DNA of 64,000 nt from Candidatus Latescibacterota bacterium (GTDB lineage: Bacteria; Latescibacterota; UBA2968), in the NCBI GenBank assembly GCA_965204745.1, contig OZ242010.1, forward strand, positions 2,112,001-2,176,000. Reading direction: 5' to 3'. The position numbers were made by a program, and so were the translations under genes. Every line of letters starts with the position of its first letter. Within the stretch, counting starts at the first letter, position 1. Below are positions 50,926 through 63,421 of this stretch, piece after piece. The notes under the pieces were generated by a model, which was not told the origin of the DNA, did not search any database, and saw only the letters and a list, made by a program, of their open reading frames with translations.

Positions 50926-52143
50926 TCAAGTTGACGAAAGGCGAGCGGGGAAGAAACGCACGGGCGGAGAGGTGGATGAGCGGGGCACGCACTTCGTCTT
51001 ATTTTTTTCTGCAAGTCGCCGCATCGCTGCCGCGTGGCTCATGCCCTCGGCCCGCAGGCGTTTGTACGCGGGTTCGTCCAGGCCTTCGGGATTGAGGAAT
51101 GCGCGGATGTCGTAGCGTCCGGGCACGGTGACGGGCAATTTGCCTTCTTTGATCATCAATCGCAGGGGATAGTCCTTTTCCGCGAGGGGCAGGTGGACGA
51201 CGCGGTGTTGGCGTGCGGATTCAAACAGGGCCATCATAATCTCCACGGTGGCGCGTGCTTTGCGGCCCGAAGCGCGGTGCTCCTCGCCGCCTTCCAACCA
51301 CGCGATCAATTCGCGCACGGACGCGGCATTGGTCTCGCCACCGATAGCGCGATGGGTCTTCGCAATATCCACCTCTTCCCATCCTTTGCTCCGTGCAGTG
51401 AACAGGCGAATCGCGTTCTCGGTGACATCCATCATGCCCTCTGTGCCGCGAATTTGAAAATGCCCCGCGTTTTCCCCTGGTCGATTCAGATCCGCTTGGA
51501 TCAAAGCCTGCGCGCCATTTTCAAATGCGATCAGCCCCATGCACGCATCCTCGATTGGCGTATCGCGCTCAAACCGGTCGGTTTGCCGCTCGACCGCGCC
51601 CATCACCCACTCGGTTTTGGGATCGTCCAACACAAAGCGAATGCCATCGATGGTATGCGTCGCCCAGTTGATCAAGCCCTGCGCGACCTGCCCTTGCACC
51701 ATCACCGCATCGCCGATCACTTTGTCGCGCATCAGCACCCGCGCCCGTTCCCAACCGGGGGTAAAGCGACGCTGGTGGCTGATCACCAATTTCGCGCCGT
51801 TTTGCTCGCACGCCTCCAACATGCGGTCCGCCTCGCCCAAGCCGATGGCCATGGGCTTTTCGCAAATAATGCCCGGCACCCCACCATTTGCCGCGCCTAT
51901 CGTGCAATCGGGATGGAGCAGATGCCACGTACAAACGCTGGCGATATCGAGGTCTTCTCTCGCCACCATTTCGTCCAGCGAGGCGTACGCGTTGGGAATG
52001 CCAAATTCCTCGCAAAATTGCGCCCGCGCCACGGGATGGGGATCGGCGACGGCCACCATTTCCGCATTGGCAACGCGCAAATACCCATCGGCGTGACTGC
52101 GTGCAATTGAACCACATCCGATGATGCCGACTCTGTAAGCCAT
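50926..52143 (-). CDS. Gfo/Idh/MocA oxidoreductase
   Basis: GIIGCG.IA..H, ICEKPM, HQRRF. Confidence 0.9.
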   Translation of the reverse strand: MAYRVGIIGCGSIARSHADGYLRVANAEMVAVADPHPVARAQFCEEFGIPNAYASLDEMVAREDLDIASVCTWHLLHPDCTIGAANGGVPGIICEKPMAIGLGEADRMLEACEQNGAKLVISHQRRFTPGWERARVLMRDKVIGDAVMVQGQVAQGLINWATHTIDGIRFVLDDPKTEWVMGAVERQTDRFERDTPIEDACMGLIAFENGAQALIQADLNRPGENAGHFQIRGTEGMMDVTENAIRLFTARSKGWEEVDIAKTHRAIGGETNAASVRELIAWLEGGEEHRASGRKARATVEIMMALFESARQHRVVHLPLAEKDYPLRLMIKEGKLPVTVPGRYDIRAFLNPEGLDEPAYKRLRAEGMSHAAAMRRLAEKNKTKCVPRSSTSPPVRFFPARLSST

Positions 52144-52323
52144 GGGAATAATCCGGGTTAGGTGACAGCGTAGCTTTCAAAGTTCAGTTTGCCAAGAACG
52201 ATGTACCCAAAAAAATATGTGGTATCACGGCGTCAAACTTTACAGGAGGGATTGCCCAAGCCCAAGTATATTTTTTTCACGGAGTAGCACAGAATGATCT
52301 GACTGCCTTGCGCCCCTCATACC

Positions 52324-53556
52324 CTATTTGCGCGATGGGGAATTGTATTCTGTGGTCGCGCTTTCCTCTATCCGCTCGCCGATCTCGCCGGTGGCTTTGT
52401 CCTTTACGATGCGCTTCAACCGGCCATCTGGCATGCGCTCGGTTTTCAGGGTGACATCTGGCGCGGCTGATTCGGTTGATGCTGTTTCCGATTTCATGGC
52501 TTCGCCGCGCCAGTCCATCTCGATGGTCTCCCACTGCTTTGTTTTTGCCGAGCGATAGCACGCATCGATAATGGCATTGACGACATAGCCATCGTACAGG
52601 GTCTCCATTGGCTCGCAGCCTTCATCCCACGCATCGAACATATCCACAAACATATCCGAGTACCCCAACTCGGCGACCTCGTCGCCCACCGGAAAGAGCC
52701 ATCCGGTATCGCCTTCGGCTTTCTCGGCCACATAGCCGCCTTGTCCCACAGCCGTGAACATGTCAAATCCCGTCCGCAACCAGTGATTGAGCCAAATTGT
52801 GCCCTCTGTTCCGGCCACCTCGTCCCGCAGATCCATCCCACCGCGGAATGCCCATCCCACCTCGAACTGCCCCATCGATCCATTTTCAAACTCGATCAGC
52901 CCAATCCCGTGATCCTCTGCCGCGACTGGATGCACGAGCGTATTCGCCCAGCACATGACCTCGACCGGGCGAACGCCCTTGCCGATGAAATTGCGGATGA
53001 TCTCGATGCAGTGACATCCCATATCCACTATCGCGCCCCCGCCTGCGCGGTTCACATCCCAAAACCAATCGCTGTGCGGCCCCGGATGTGTCTCGCGTGA
53101 CCGCACCCACAATATCCGTCCCAACGCCCCGTTTTTGACGGAATCCAACGCCTTTAGGGTTTTGGGCGGATATACCAAATCCTCCAAATACCCGCCAAAT
53201 ACGCCCGCCTTTTCCACGGCGTCGAGAATCTGCTTGGCCTCGCCAGCCGTGCGCCCCAAGGGCTTGGTACACAACACGGCCTTGCCCGCTTGGGCCGCCA
53301 ACATCGCGGCTTCGACGTGCATATCATTGGGCAACCCGATCATCACGCCATCGGTCTCATCATCTTCAATCGCCGCCTTCAAATCCGTGCTCCACTTCGG
53401 AATGTCCCATTCCCGCGCAAACCCTTGGGCGCGCTCCTGCGTCCGCGAATACACCATCTGCACCCGATCTATGCCCCGATGCCTGTGCAATGTCATGGTG
53501 TAAAACATCCCGATCAGCCCGGTTCCCAACATCGTCAACCGATGCCCTTTTGGCAT
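52324..53556 (-). CDS. Gfo/Idh/MocA oxidoreductase
   Basis: LGTGLIG, CTKPLG, GGGA.VDMGCH. Confidence 0.9.
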   Translation of the reverse strand: MPKGHRLTMLGTGLIGMFYTMTLHRHRGIDRVQMVYSRTQERAQGFAREWDIPKWSTDLKAAIEDDETDGVMIGLPNDMHVEAAMLAAQAGKAVLCTKPLGRTAGEAKQILDAVEKAGVFGGYLEDLVYPPKTLKALDSVKNGALGRILWVRSRETHPGPHSDWFWDVNRAGGGAIVDMGCHCIEIIRNFIGKGVRPVEVMCWANTLVHPVAAEDHGIGLIEFENGSMGQFEVGWAFRGGMDLRDEVAGTEGTIWLNHWLRTGFDMFTAVGQGGYVAEKAEGDTGWLFPVGDEVAELGYSDMFVDMFDAWDEGCEPMETLYDGYVVNAIIDACYRSAKTKQWETIEMDWRGEAMKSETASTESAAPDVTLKTERMPDGRLKRIVKDKATGEIGERIEESATTEYNSPSRK

Positions 53557-53573
53557 TTTGAACTCCTTTTTAA

Positions 53574-53778
53574 GGTAAGAGGGCAGACGCAAAGAAAGGT
53601 AAGAGGTGAGAAGTGAGAGGCGAGATGGGATTTTAGCCACAAAAGGCACGAGCGGGGTACAACTGGCGATAGCCAGTTCAAAGGCACGAGCGGGTACAAC
53701 TGGCGATAGCCAGTTCAAAGGTGAGCGATATGTGTAGGGGCGATGCCCCTGTGCTCGCCCGAAGATACAAGAGGGGAG
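53574..53778 (+). repeat. Composite repeat copy
   Basis: Heptamers + TTTAGCCACAAAAGGCAC + two GGTACAACTGGCGATAGCCAGTTCAAAGG hairpins + REP. Confidence 0.9.
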
Positions 53779-53782
53779 TGGA

Positions 53783-56700
53783 TCACTGAAATCCAATCTC
53801 GCCCCAGAGTCGGAAGTCCCAGGTCACGTTGGTCAGGCCCTCGCGGAGTTGGTCGATGCGCCGTTCATGGCGGAACGTGGTGCCGCCCGTGAAGCGCGAG
53901 CTAAAAGCGTATTGCGTGCCTAGGGTGACGGACCATGACTCGGTGTTCTGGCGGATGATGGGTTCTGGGATCACGTCTGGCGTTGCGCTGCGCGGGATTT
54001 CGGTCTGCGTGTTTATGGTGCGCGAAAAGGAGAGGTTGAGTTCCAAGTTGCTCTGCAATCTGCCCTGAAGCGAGTAGCGCGCGTCCGCTTGCAGGGTGCT
54101 GTTTTTCGTGAGGGTGGTGCTGATGAGGCGGTCCGCGAGTGAGGGCGGGGCAACCGTTTCGTCCGCGATGACATTGCGCTGGTACCGAATGTCATCGGTT
54201 TGGGTTTGGCGACTGCTCAAGGTCGTGTTCACGCCGCCTTTCCAGCGCGCGCTCCATTGAAAGAGCGGGTTGAAGCCGGTTTCTTTGGCGTCGCTGGTGA
54301 TGAACTGCTCGCCGAGGCTCAGCGCGCCATCCCCGCGCCGGATGCGCGATTCTTGGTAGCCAAAATTGGCATTGGAACTGACCCACAACCAGCGGAGGAT
54401 GGGCACGCGCTCGAGGCCGCGCCAACTCATATCGACTTTGGGAAAAATGATTTGATCGTCTTTGCCGAGGGTGCTGCCGCGCTGTTCGTTTTGGGAATAC
54501 GTGGCAGAGGTGTTGAGATTCAGGCCCAAGGGCAGGCGAACCCCGCTAGATGCCTGCGCTTGACTGCGAATGGTTTTCGCATTGACCCGGGTGCCCGCGC
54601 CCGTGGTGACAGAGGGGACATCGATGGTATCTGTAAAGCCGAATTGGTAGGCCAATGACGGGCGGGCCGTAAGCCCAAACAGGTTGTTCGACGTGTTGCG
54701 GGAAATGCTGCTCGTCACGTTTTGAAGCCTCGTGCCGGCTCTGCCGATCCAGCGCAAGATGGAAAACCCGTTGCCGGGTCTGCGCGCCATGCCTTGAAAC
54801 AGGCCGGGCAGGTTGAAGTTGACGCGCGCTTGTGCGGTTTGCGTGCTCGTGGCGGAAAGCCCGCGCCGAATGTTGCCGTGTTGCACGCGCTCCCCGCCGA
54901 GTTCAAAGCGGTCGTTGTAATTGGCCGAGTACGAGGGGTTGATCGAGAGCCAGTTGGAGAGGCGGGGCGTGAACCGGAAATTGATCGTCTGCGTGCGCGA
55001 TGTTTCGCGGCCAAATTGGAGTTGGGTCAGGGCGTAGCCATTGCGTAGATCGCGGTCGATGTTGAGCGAGTAATCCGCGGTGAGGCTGCGAAAGGGCGCG
55101 AATTTGATGGCGTAATTTTCGCTTAAGTTGAAGGTCTCGCGCACCGTGTCGATCACGTTTGACGTATCGTTCGCCACAGCGCGAAACGAGGTTTCATCCG
55201 ACACGCCGCGATTGAAGCGCAGGTTGTAGTTGAGGCTGGTGGGCAAGAAAAAGAACTGCGCTTCTTTGAGGGGTTTGTAAAAGGGAACCCACTTAAAAAT
55301 CGCAATGGATTTGCGCTGGGACCACGCCTGATTGTAGGTCAAGTTGCCGTTGAGGTTCTGGTTCTGGCTTTGCCTGCGCTGCGTGATCGCGCCGGTGGTC
55401 GAGGCGTCTGAACTGTAGTTGAGCGACGTGGAGGCTTTGTCGAACAAGATGCGCGACAGCAAGCTCGGGTCTTCGCGTGCGGGCCGTTTGCGGAGCGAAA
55501 TGGTAAAGCGCGTCTGCGAGCGGATGTCGCTTTCATTGGCCTTTTGTTCTGGGGTGAGCACGATGTCAGAGCCCGGGCGGATGCGCGGGCTGGACGAGAA
55601 CCGGTTGTAGCTGAAGCGCGCCGGGATAGAGGCGTTCCACTCGGCGGGGAGGAATTTGTCGAGGTTGATCTGGCTGTCGAAGTTGAAGCGCGTGGTGGTG
55701 TTGCCCGAGGCATTGCCTTGCAGGTCTTGAAAATCCCCGCTCCTGCGCTCAAGGTTGACCGTCAAATTGCCCAAGTCCGCAAGGGTCATGCGCGTGTCCG
55801 CAAGGGCGGACAAGGCGGACTTTTTGCGGATGTTATCCACGTGCAATTCGTTGAGCCAAATTTCGTTTTTGCCCATCAAGAGGCGGTCGCCCAAGTTGCG
55901 AATGCCCACGGTGAACGCGCTGATCGAGGAGAGTGCGGGATTGCCGCGCACGATGTAGGCGCGCCCGTCGACGTCTAGCTCGATGCGATTGCCCGGTTGG
56001 TCGTAGCGCGCGAGGAACTCGCCCTGACGCAGGGCCACGCGCACGGTATCGGATTCGCGCCCGGCGGTTTGGAGGTCGAGCAGTTGGCCCTTGAGTTGCG
56101 ACATGAGCTCGAGGTCGATCTGCACGGTGTTGATTTCTTCCGCCCACCCGCGATAGATCCGAGAGCGGTATTCGTAGTAGTTGAGGGTGTCGGCACTGAT
56201 GGGCGAGAATTGCATAAAAAATTCAATGGGACTGGGGCCTGCGCTCAGGGTATCCGCAGGGTCGGGGAAATTGGCGTCATAGGTGGGGGAGGAGGGATTG
56301 CCCCCGTGGATGTACAACTTCATCGTGCCGTAATTGGTGTAATTTCCGGCGTTGCCGGGCAAGACGCGGGACGCAGAGATGGCTTCGCCTGGGTGTAGAT
56401 CGACAAATTCGAGGACCATGGAATTTTCCGACAAGCGAATGCCGGTGGTGGGGTCGATTTCGCGCTCGAGGTCCGCAGGGGATTCGTAAAAGGAATTGTC
56501 TGTGCCAATGGTCGAGATCTGAAAATCGCCGGACAACTGGCCGAAGGGCACGGGATTTTCCTGCCATGAACTGCCGGTGGTGGCCATGGTATAAATTTCG
56601 ACGGTGGTGGTGTCGCCGTGTTCGAGCCACAGCCGCGCAAAGCCAATCGCGCTGGTAAAGGTGGTGTCAGGAGTGCCCTCAAACGCGCGGGGCGCGTCTT

Positions 56701-59700
56701 GCCCCTTGAGGGGAATCCGCAACAGGCGCCACGGCGGGTTGGAGATGCCGCGCAATTCCGGAAACAGGTCGGATTCGGTGCCGGGCACGAGCAGGGACGG
56801 GCCGGTAAACGCGCCGGTTTCCGGGGACAGGCCCCGGTCCGTGCTCAAATCTATGCTGTACCGGATAAAACTCTCGCGCTGGTCGAGAAACCCATTGCTG
56901 TTGAGGTCTTCGGTATCCGGGCGCGATTGCCGCTCGGTGCGGTTGTCCTCGGTGCCATTGATGCCGGGGGGATAGCGGATGAAGTGGTCGGTGGTGTTTT
57001 GGTCGATGTCTTGAAAATTGTCGCCCGACGGGTCGTCTGGCACGGTGACGCCTGGGAAGATTTTTTGAAAGACCTCGGCTTCCTCGGCGTCTGTGAGCCC
57101 ATCGAGGCCCGTGTCTTCTTCCTCGACGACGATGTCGTCGCCGGTGGGCAAGCCGCCGATGGGTTTGTCCTCGGTGCGAAAGCCGCGCGGGAACCGGTCG
57201 CGGTCGTCCGGGTCGTTGTGCGTGGGGTGATCCAGGGGCAGGGCGACCCGCTCGGAGATGTCGCCCAAGTCGATGTGCAACAGGCCCTTGTCGCCCCGAA
57301 TCCAGAGCTCGATGAATTTGTCCCGCAACAAGTCGGAGCGGTTGATATAGCGCGTAATGCCGGCCCACGAGCGTTGGGGAATGCCGGATTGGGCGTTGCG
57401 CGTGCGCGTGGGAAATCCATTGCTGCGCGCGGGTTCAAAGCGCAGTTTGAAAATATCCACGATGTCTTGCTCTGCGGTGATGTCGTCTCGGGTGGGCTGG
57501 ATTTGCGAGAGGGAGGCGCGGTCCCTGTCGATGGGGTTGTACCAAGTCAGGCGGCCCTGTGGCAAGGCGAGCGGCAGGGCATTGCGCGTCGGCGTGCTCG
57601 CGCGCGTCCACCCCAGTTTGCCGATGGAGAACCGCTTGCTACTCAAGGAGGCTTCAAAGTCGTCGATGTAAGCGATGTTTTTCGTGTTGGGGTTTGGCAG
57701 GCTTTGCGCGACTTCCATGTCGATGTCGATAGAGGACGGGGTTTGCGTGTTCACCAATGGGATGGAGTTGACCAACGAGGTCAAGAACTGCGGCTGCATG
57801 CGGAACCGCGCATTGGCATCCCACAAGATCGTGCGCGCGGGTTCTTGCCCGACCCGCACGCGGTGATCAGGCGCGCTCTGGTTGCTGTAAAGCACGGTCA
57901 TGCCGATGAGGGAATACTGGTCTTCAAAGGGCCGCTCAAAGCGAAAGCCCACCAGGCTTTTGGATTGCGACAAGCCGCCGAATACGTCTTGGTTTTGGTA
58001 CGAGATGTCGAGATCAGCGGTGGGGTCAGAGGCTTCGTTTTCCGCGTCTCCGATGAATTTCAACCGGCCGAGGGTGTAGTTGATCGTATAGTCTTTGTCG
58101 CGCTCGAGGGTGCGGTTGTTCAGGCGCACGACTTCGCTGTTTTCGATCAGCCCGATGCCCAGGGTAAATTCGGTTGCGCGGCTCGACGAGCGCACGCGGA
58201 TCACGTAGCGCCCGGCTTCGCTGCGGTTGGTGGAATTGGTTTCCGTGTAGATGGCGGGCACGCGCACTTCGAGATCTGGCGCGCCCAAGCCCTCTTCGCC
58301 AAACGGCTCGAGAAAGGGAAAGACGAGATGGCCTCGGGCGAGGAGGAGACCGGGGATTTCATTGCCCGTGCCGATGTCGATTCTCTGATCCGGGGGCGAG
58401 GATTCGGAAGCTCCATTGGCGTGTCGGTCGAGGCCGAAAATTTGCAGGTACGGATTGCCCTCTTGGTTGTCCTGCGGATTCTCGCCGGCCACGATGCGGA
58501 CGATGCCCACGTTCAAGCCGATGGGGTCGATGTTGCGCCCGCCGAGATAATAGACATTGCGCCATGAGAGATTCCACGTCGGATCCGAGGGGCGTTGTTG
58601 CCGGGCTTTGATGAGCTTGAGGCGGATTTTTTTGTCCGGATTGCCCGGCTCTGGAATGAATTGGATGTCGCCAACAATCGCGCCGGCCGCGGTTTGATAC
58701 GCGACTGCGAGGGTGTATCCCTCCGAGACCCGGCCGCGTTCATGGATGAGATAGCCTTCGGGCAGGACCGTAAATTCAGACGGGGCGAGTTCGTGAAACG
58801 TGCCTTCTTCCACGCCCTTGTCAAAGCGGCGCGACCCGGCTTCGTCGGGCGATCCATTGTTCCAAGACACGTAAGCCACGCCGGGAATGGCCGAGTCTTC
58901 GAGGTCGTTTTGCGCGTTAAAATCATTGAGGAACACGCGCACGCTTTGCACGTTGACGCGGGCATTTGGCGCGGGCAGGATGCCGATGCGGAAGTTTTCC
59001 CGGTAAATTTCGTCCAAAAAAAAGTACGTGTTTTGAAGATACTGGTGATCGGGGATTTCCTGAGCCGATTCCTCGGTCTGACCCGTAAAGGTTTTGCGGT
59101 CGGACGAGGCTTTGTCTTGCGACGTGACGAGCGTAAAATTGACCGCGCCGACCCTGCCGCGCGTTTTGATGCCAAACAGGCCGCCCCTGTTGCCGCCGCT
59201 AAAGCCGATTAAGCGCGTGCCGGGCAAGGAGAGCGACGTGCTACCGGCTTCGATAGATTCGATGATGCCGTCTTCGTCGCCTTTGTATTGCAGGCGCAGA
59301 CCATCGGTCAAGTTAAAGTCCTGCGCGCTGTTTTGTTCGAGAGAAACCGTGATGCGGTCGCCGATAGTGCCTTCGACCGTGAGGTGGGCGTCTTGTTCAA
59401 AATTGATGGTGGGAAAGCGCGAGGTGTGCGCGGTGACAGCTTGCGCTTCGCCCAAGGTGTACTGCGAGACGCCCGACAATTCGATGCGGCGGCGGCCCCG
59501 AATGATGAGATTGGTTTCCCCCTCGCCGGTGATCGCACTCAGGCGTTTGGGCACGCGAAACGGGATTTTGACGTCGATCAAGCCCTCGCCCTCGTCGTCG
59601 CTCGTCACCTTGCTGCCCAAGCGTTCTCGGGCGAGGCGATGGGCGTCATTGTGGAATTTGTAGCGCGCAAATTCGCCCAAGCCGATGATGACGGGCATGC

Positions 59701-59986
59701 CATAAGGCGCGCCGCCCAAGTCGCGGAAGACCATCAGGCGGAACGGGGCTTCTGGTTCCAACAGTTGCACGGTGGGCTTGGTATAGGCGCGTCTGCGGGG
59801 AAAATACGGCGCGGCTTGCGGATCGTCGCGCAAAAACACCTCGAGGGTTGACGCGCCGAGTTGCGGACGCAGGCCCGGCGTCGCAAACGCCACGCACGGA
59901 TAGAGCAACGCGAGACAGAACAAAACGCCGACCACTGAGAGGTGAGAGGTGAGACGCGAGAGGTGAGAGGCGGATGAACAAAGCAT
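53783..59986 (-). CDS. sprA: SprA/Sov-like giant outer-membrane beta-barrel (type IX secretion translocon homologue); start uncertain (59986 or 60208)
   Basis: >2000 aa; [49 protein letters not shown] motifs; C-terminal beta-strands ending in F. Confidence 0.85.
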   Translation of the reverse strand: MLCSSASHLSRLTSHLSVVGVLFCLALLYPCVAFATPGLRPQLGASTLEVFLRDDPQAAPYFPRRRAYTKPTVQLLEPEAPFRLMVFRDLGGAPYGMPVIIGLGEFARYKFHNDAHRLARERLGSKVTSDDEGEGLIDVKIPFRVPKRLSAITGEGETNLIIRGRRRIELSGVSQYTLGEAQAVTAHTSRFPTINFEQDAHLTVEGTIGDRITVSLEQNSAQDFNLTDGLRLQYKGDEDGIIESIEAGSTSLSLPGTRLIGFSGGNRGGLFGIKTRGRVGAVNFTLVTSQDKASSDRKTFTGQTEESAQEIPDHQYLQNTYFFLDEIYRENFRIGILPAPNARVNVQSVRVFLNDFNAQNDLEDSAIPGVAYVSWNNGSPDEAGSRRFDKGVEEGTFHELAPSEFTVLPEGYLIHERGRVSEGYTLAVAYQTAAGAIVGDIQFIPEPGNPDKKIRLKLIKARQQRPSDPTWNLSWRNVYYLGGRNIDPIGLNVGIVRIVAGENPQDNQEGNPYLQIFGLDRHANGASESSPPDQRIDIGTGNEIPGLLLARGHLVFPFLEPFGEEGLGAPDLEVRVPAIYTETNSTNRSEAGRYVIRVRSSSRATEFTLGIGLIENSEVVRLNNRTLERDKDYTINYTLGRLKFIGDAENEASDPTADLDISYQNQDVFGGLSQSKSLVGFRFERPFEDQYSLIGMTVLYSNQSAPDHRVRVGQEPARTILWDANARFRMQPQFLTSLVNSIPLVNTQTPSSIDIDMEVAQSLPNPNTKNIAYIDDFEASLSSKRFSIGKLGWTRASTPTRNALPLALPQGRLTWYNPIDRDRASLSQIQPTRDDITAEQDIVDIFKLRFEPARSNGFPTRTRNAQSGIPQRSWAGITRYINRSDLLRDKFIELWIRGDKGLLHIDLGDISERVALPLDHPTHNDPDDRDRFPRGFRTEDKPIGGLPTGDDIVVEEEDTGLDGLTDAEEAEVFQKIFPGVTVPDDPSGDNFQDIDQNTTDHFIRYPPGINGTEDNRTERQSRPDTEDLNSNGFLDQRESFIRYSIDLSTDRGLSPETGAFTGPSLLVPGTESDLFPELRGISNPPWRLLRIPLKGQDAPRAFEGTPDTTFTSAIGFARLWLEHGDTTTVEIYTMATTGSSWQENPVPFGQLSGDFQISTIGTDNSFYESPADLEREIDPTTGIRLSENSMVLEFVDLHPGEAISASRVLPGNAGNYTNYGTMKLYIHGGNPSSPTYDANFPDPADTLSAGPSPIEFFMQFSPISADTLNYYEYRSRIYRGWAEEINTVQIDLELMSQLKGQLLDLQTAGRESDTVRVALRQGEFLARYDQPGNRIELDVDGRAYIVRGNPALSSISAFTVGIRNLGDRLLMGKNEIWLNELHVDNIRKKSALSALADTRMTLADLGNLTVNLERRSGDFQDLQGNASGNTTTRFNFDSQINLDKFLPAEWNASIPARFSYNRFSSSPRIRPGSDIVLTPEQKANESDIRSQTRFTISLRKRPAREDPSLLSRILFDKASTSLNYSSDASTTGAITQRRQSQNQNLNGNLTYNQAWSQRKSIAIFKWVPFYKPLKEAQFFFLPTSLNYNLRFNRGVSDETSFRAVANDTSNVIDTVRETFNLSENYAIKFAPFRSLTADYSLNIDRDLRNGYALTQLQFGRETSRTQTINFRFTPRLSNWLSINPSYSANYNDRFELGGERVQHGNIRRGLSATSTQTAQARVNFNLPGLFQGMARRPGNGFSILRWIGRAGTRLQNVTSSISRNTSNNLFGLTARPSLAYQFGFTDTIDVPSVTTGAGTRVNAKTIRSQAQASSGVRLPLGLNLNTSATYSQNEQRGSTLGKDDQIIFPKVDMSWRGLERVPILRWLWVSSNANFGYQESRIRRGDGALSLGEQFITSDAKETGFNPLFQWSARWKGGVNTTLSSRQTQTDDIRYQRNVIADETVAPPSLADRLISTTLTKNSTLQADARYSLQGRLQSNLELNLSFSRTINTQTEIPRSATPDVIPEPIIRQNTESWSVTLGTQYAFSSRFTGGTTFRHERRIDQLREGLTNVTWDFRLWGEIGFQ

Positions 59987-60206
59987 GATAGCACGAGCCA
60001 GAGGTGAGAGGTGAGATGGGATTTTAGCCACAAAAGGCACAAAAGGCACAAAAGGCACGAGCGGGGTACAATTGGCGACAGCCAGTTCAAAGGCGAGCGA
60101 TATGTGTAGGGGATGCCCCCGTGCTCGCCCAAAGATACAAGAGGTAAGAAGTGAGACGCGAGAGGTGAGAAGTGAATGAACAACGCAACATGATAGCACG
60201 AGCCAC
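59935..60206 (+). repeat. Composite repeat copy embedded in the 5' end of sprA
   Basis: Heptamers, (AAAAGGCAC)3, hairpin and REP; CATGATAGCACGAGCCA duplicated at 59984-60000 and 60189-60205. Confidence 0.88.
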
Positions 60207-60714
60207 ATGAAAGAGCAAGGGAAAATCCGCCAAAAACAGCGAAAGCCAAACGACGCAAGGCGCGTCTTTTTTTTGAAAAATAAAATCGTATATTTGGATG
60301 GACGAATGGGCGAATTGACGAACCCCGACCACCGAGTGAAAGGCGAGACGCGAGAGGACTACCCCGCTGTCCAACCCCCCGCGCACGTCGGCGATTCGGC
60401 TATTCGTCGCTTCCTTGAACTTCTCTCTTTTTTAAAGGTTCCGCATGCGCTTGCGTCGGTACGTGTTGAGCGAATTGGCGATGCCATTCGGCCGCGCAAT
60501 GGCCTGGAACGATGTGCTACCTCCGGCTTGGGGCGCGTGGGCCGCAAACGCGATTTTCAGCGCGACTGGCCTTGCTCTGTTGCTGACGACGCGAAAATGA
60601 AAAAGCCCCATCGGAAATCGCTTGCGCGACTCGGATGGGGCGTTGGTTTGATGCGTCAAAACGAAGTGCAACCGCGCTTATCCTTTGCTGACGGAGTTCG
60701 CCGTTCCGTCTGTT

Positions 60715-62445
60715 CTACGCCACCTCGACGACTTCCTCGCCCAGCATATCCACGAGTTTCACCGCCACTTTCGCGTCGGCGCGGGGCAATGTTAGCGCGT
60801 ACTCGCCTTTGATGAGATCGGTCTTCTTTTTTGGAATATCGCTTTCCGCGATGTCGAAATACCTGCCATTGTAATCCGTATCGATGAGCACGCAGTCGAT
60901 CTGCACTCGAAAGTCGTCGATCTGTTCGTTAAAAATCGTCCTGTCGATTTCCATTCTCGCGAGGATAGAGGGGCTGATGTAGTCGATAATTTTGACCGTC
61001 GCCTTTTTGCCTGTTATGGCGATTTGCACATCCGCCTCTGCGGGCTGATTGGTGATCACGCCATCCCGCTGGATGTCGCAGACGGCGATTTTATTGATCG
61101 GGCTTTTCTCTTGGGCGAGTTCGGCGATGATGCCCATTTCAGAGCCGTTGCAAAAAACGGCGATATCCCGGGTTTCATCTGGGCGATTGTGGGCAATTTC
61201 GTCCTTGATGATCTGAATATCCAGCCGGTTCAAGGGCCTGTGCAGGTCGATGATTTTCGCCAATTTGCCGCCGACTATGCCGTCGAAAAACAGATCGCCG
61301 TTGTCCTTTTGGATGCCGTACTTGGAGATGATAATTTTCTCGAGTCCGTTCTGCGCGACAAAGTCGTAGTTGTTCACCCGATAGTGAATGAAGCCGCGGC
61401 CGTTCTCTATCAAGTCGCCGTTCTTCTCGTCGATGACGCCTTGTAACCGCTTGATCGTGGTTTGAATCGCCCCCTTGTTCAGGTCCGCCACAATCCAGCG
61501 GCGGCCCAATTTTTCGGCCACTGCGGCGGTGGTACCGCTGCCGCAAAAGCAATCGAGGACGATAGAGCCTTTGTCGCTCGACGCTTTGATGACGCGCTCC
61601 AACAGGGCTTCGGGTTTTTGCGTGGGAAAGTCGAGAAGTTCGGCACGCCACGCAGATACATTTGACATATCAATCCACCATGATTCTGGAACTTTGCCTT
61701 CCTCGTGTCTGGCGAGTTGGGAGCTTTTATCATATTCCGCATCCCCAATTGTTCGTACCTCTGTAAAATCCGCCTTGTACGGTATGCGTATGTCATCGGG
61801 ATTAAAAATAGCCCTGTCGTTATTCTTTTTATATCGCAGAATATTGTCGTGTTTTTTGGGAAAATTTTGGGGCGACGGCCCAGGAAACGTATAACACCAA
61901 ATAATCTCGTTGCCGAAATTTTCCGCTCCAAATACCTCGTCCAGCAAAAAGCGCAAGTGATGGCTTTTGTGCCAGTCGCAGTGCAGGTAAATACTCCCTT
62001 GTTCGCTCAACAATTCCCGCATTAAAATCAGCCGCTCGTACATAAACTGCAAATAATTGTCATTCGCCCAAATATCCTCGTACTGCGTCTGTTCGACGGC
62101 CGTATGTCCATCGCCTTTGAGCATTTTGGATTGCCCGCGCAACCTGACTTTGCGGACGTAATCCGCGGCGGAATCAAACGGCGGGTCGATATAAATGAGA
62201 TCGACCTTGCCCCTGAACCCAGCGATCAAAAGGGAAGACAGAATTTCCTTGTTATCGCCGTGAAAAAGCAAATTGTGCCCGCTTTCCACAAACGCATCGT
62301 AGGACGGCTCGGCGGGCGGATTTTCAACGCCCAAGGTCTCGCACAACTGCGCCGGGAAATGCTGTACTGTATCCAGCGGCTTCTTGCCGACCCAGTGGAG
62401 CATTGGGCGGCCTTTGACCGGGGTGATTTTGAGGGATCGGTTCAT
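60715..62445 (-). CDS. Type III R-M Mod-like DNA methyltransferase
   Basis: N-terminal [38 protein letters not shown]; C-terminal [10 protein letters not shown]. Confidence 0.88.
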   Translation of the reverse strand: MNRSLKITPVKGRPMLHWVGKKPLDTVQHFPAQLCETLGVENPPAEPSYDAFVESGHNLLFHGDNKEILSSLLIAGFRGKVDLIYIDPPFDSAADYVRKVRLRGQSKMLKGDGHTAVEQTQYEDIWANDNYLQFMYERLILMRELLSEQGSIYLHCDWHKSHHLRFLLDEVFGAENFGNEIIWCYTFPGPSPQNFPKKHDNILRYKKNNDRAIFNPDDIRIPYKADFTEVRTIGDAEYDKSSQLARHEEGKVPESWWIDMSNVSAWRAELLDFPTQKPEALLERVIKASSDKGSIVLDCFCGSGTTAAVAEKLGRRWIVADLNKGAIQTTIKRLQGVIDEKNGDLIENGRGFIHYRVNNYDFVAQNGLEKIIISKYGIQKDNGDLFFDGIVGGKLAKIIDLHRPLNRLDIQIIKDEIAHNRPDETRDIAVFCNGSEMGIIAELAQEKSPINKIAVCDIQRDGVITNQPAEADVQIAITGKKATVKIIDYISPSILARMEIDRTIFNEQIDDFRVQIDCVLIDTDYNGRYFDIAESDIPKKKTDLIKGEYALTLPRADAKVAVKLVDMLGEEVVEVA

Positions 62446-62452
62446 TTGATTT

Positions 62453-62917
62453 TCACCTACAAATGGCAAAAAAGATGATGAGCGCGAGATAAAGAAGGGC
62501 AAAGATAATGGGAAGAAAGGTCTCGACAACCGTGAGTTTCCAGTAGCGTCTTGTCTTCGGTCTTTCTTTTTCTTCCATTCCCAACAACTCCCATTCCCGC
62601 TTAAAAAAGGGATAGGCGAGTTTTTCTTCCAACTCATGAAGAGCGGCAAACTTTCCCGAATTGAGTTGGCGATAGGATCGGATAATGATATACCATGCTG
62701 CGGAAAGAAAAATCCCAAAAATACTAACGGCGGTCAAAATTGCACCGACAGGCATGGTCTCGGTGCCGTATCTAAGAAATGCAACGAGAAAAATTAAAGT
62801 GCCCGTCAGCAGACTTACGAAAAGCCGATTTGCTCCCTCGCGCCTCTGACTCACCCTATCCGCGAGTTCGGCATGGAGTTTATAGATTTCCAAAAGTTCC
62901 TGTCTATTCTCGTCCAT
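62453..62917 (-). CDS. Small multi-TM protein resembling the RipA/8xMP octameric membrane protein family; candidate pore effector
   Basis: YK...E.ADRVS.RR..AN, two TMs, W...I.SY.QLNS.KF..L.ELE..L...F..EW, C-terminal TM; ATG overlaps the TIR stop (TAATG). Confidence 0.7.
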   Translation of the reverse strand: MDENRQELLEIYKLHAELADRVSQRREGANRLFVSLLTGTLIFLVAFLRYGTETMPVGAILTAVSIFGIFLSAAWYIIIRSYRQLNSGKFAALHELEEKLAYPFFKREWELLGMEEKERPKTRRYWKLTVVETFLPIIFALLYLALIIFFAICR

Positions 62918-63333
62918 TAGGTCAACCCCCTTATCGCCGAGACAATGCTTTCGGTGTTCCAACCAACAATGCGGTCGGCATTGTTTTTTACGATTTGAGA
63001 TGTCTTCCTACTTCCCCATGGCTCTATGGCTATGATTGGTTTTGCAACCCCAAACCCTTCTCTCGCTATTTCTATTTCTTTCTTAATCCACTTACTGTAG
63101 GTTGCATAAACCCCTGCCAAGATGAGTACCACACCACAAGGTTGCATTTTCCGACGAATAGCCTCATATAGTTGTCTATCAGTCCCTACTGCATGAATCG
63201 GGTCGTCTTTAGGCACCGAATAGTCTTTGAAAAAAAAATATGGTCTTGCTTCTAACAAATCTATTAGATTTTCATAACTGTCCGAATATGCCCAAGAATG
63301 ACTGATAAATAGATTGCGGATTCTCATTCTCAT
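62917..63333 (-). CDS. ThsB-like TIR domain protein (MTH538/DUF1863 type)
   Basis: LFISHSW, DYSV..DDPI, SKWI.KEI (catalytic Glu), KPIIAI.PWG, ADRIVGW. Confidence 0.9.
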   Translation of the reverse strand: MRMRIRNLFISHSWAYSDSYENLIDLLEARPYFFFKDYSVPKDDPIHAVGTDRQLYEAIRRKMQPCGVVLILAGVYATYSKWIKKEIEIAREGFGVAKPIIAIEPWGSRKTSQIVKNNADRIVGWNTESIVSAIRGLT

Positions 63334-63421
63334 ATTTCCCTCCTCACTGTGGGTTTATCCAACTCAGCAATTGGCTCAATTTCCGCCTCATATAACGTAT
63401 TCACACCCGAAAGTCAACAAC

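Noticed and set aside
60207-60812. 201-aa plus-strand ORF between sprA and mod
   Set aside because: No recognisable motifs, overlaps the end of mod, low-complexity Arg-rich composition; probably spurious
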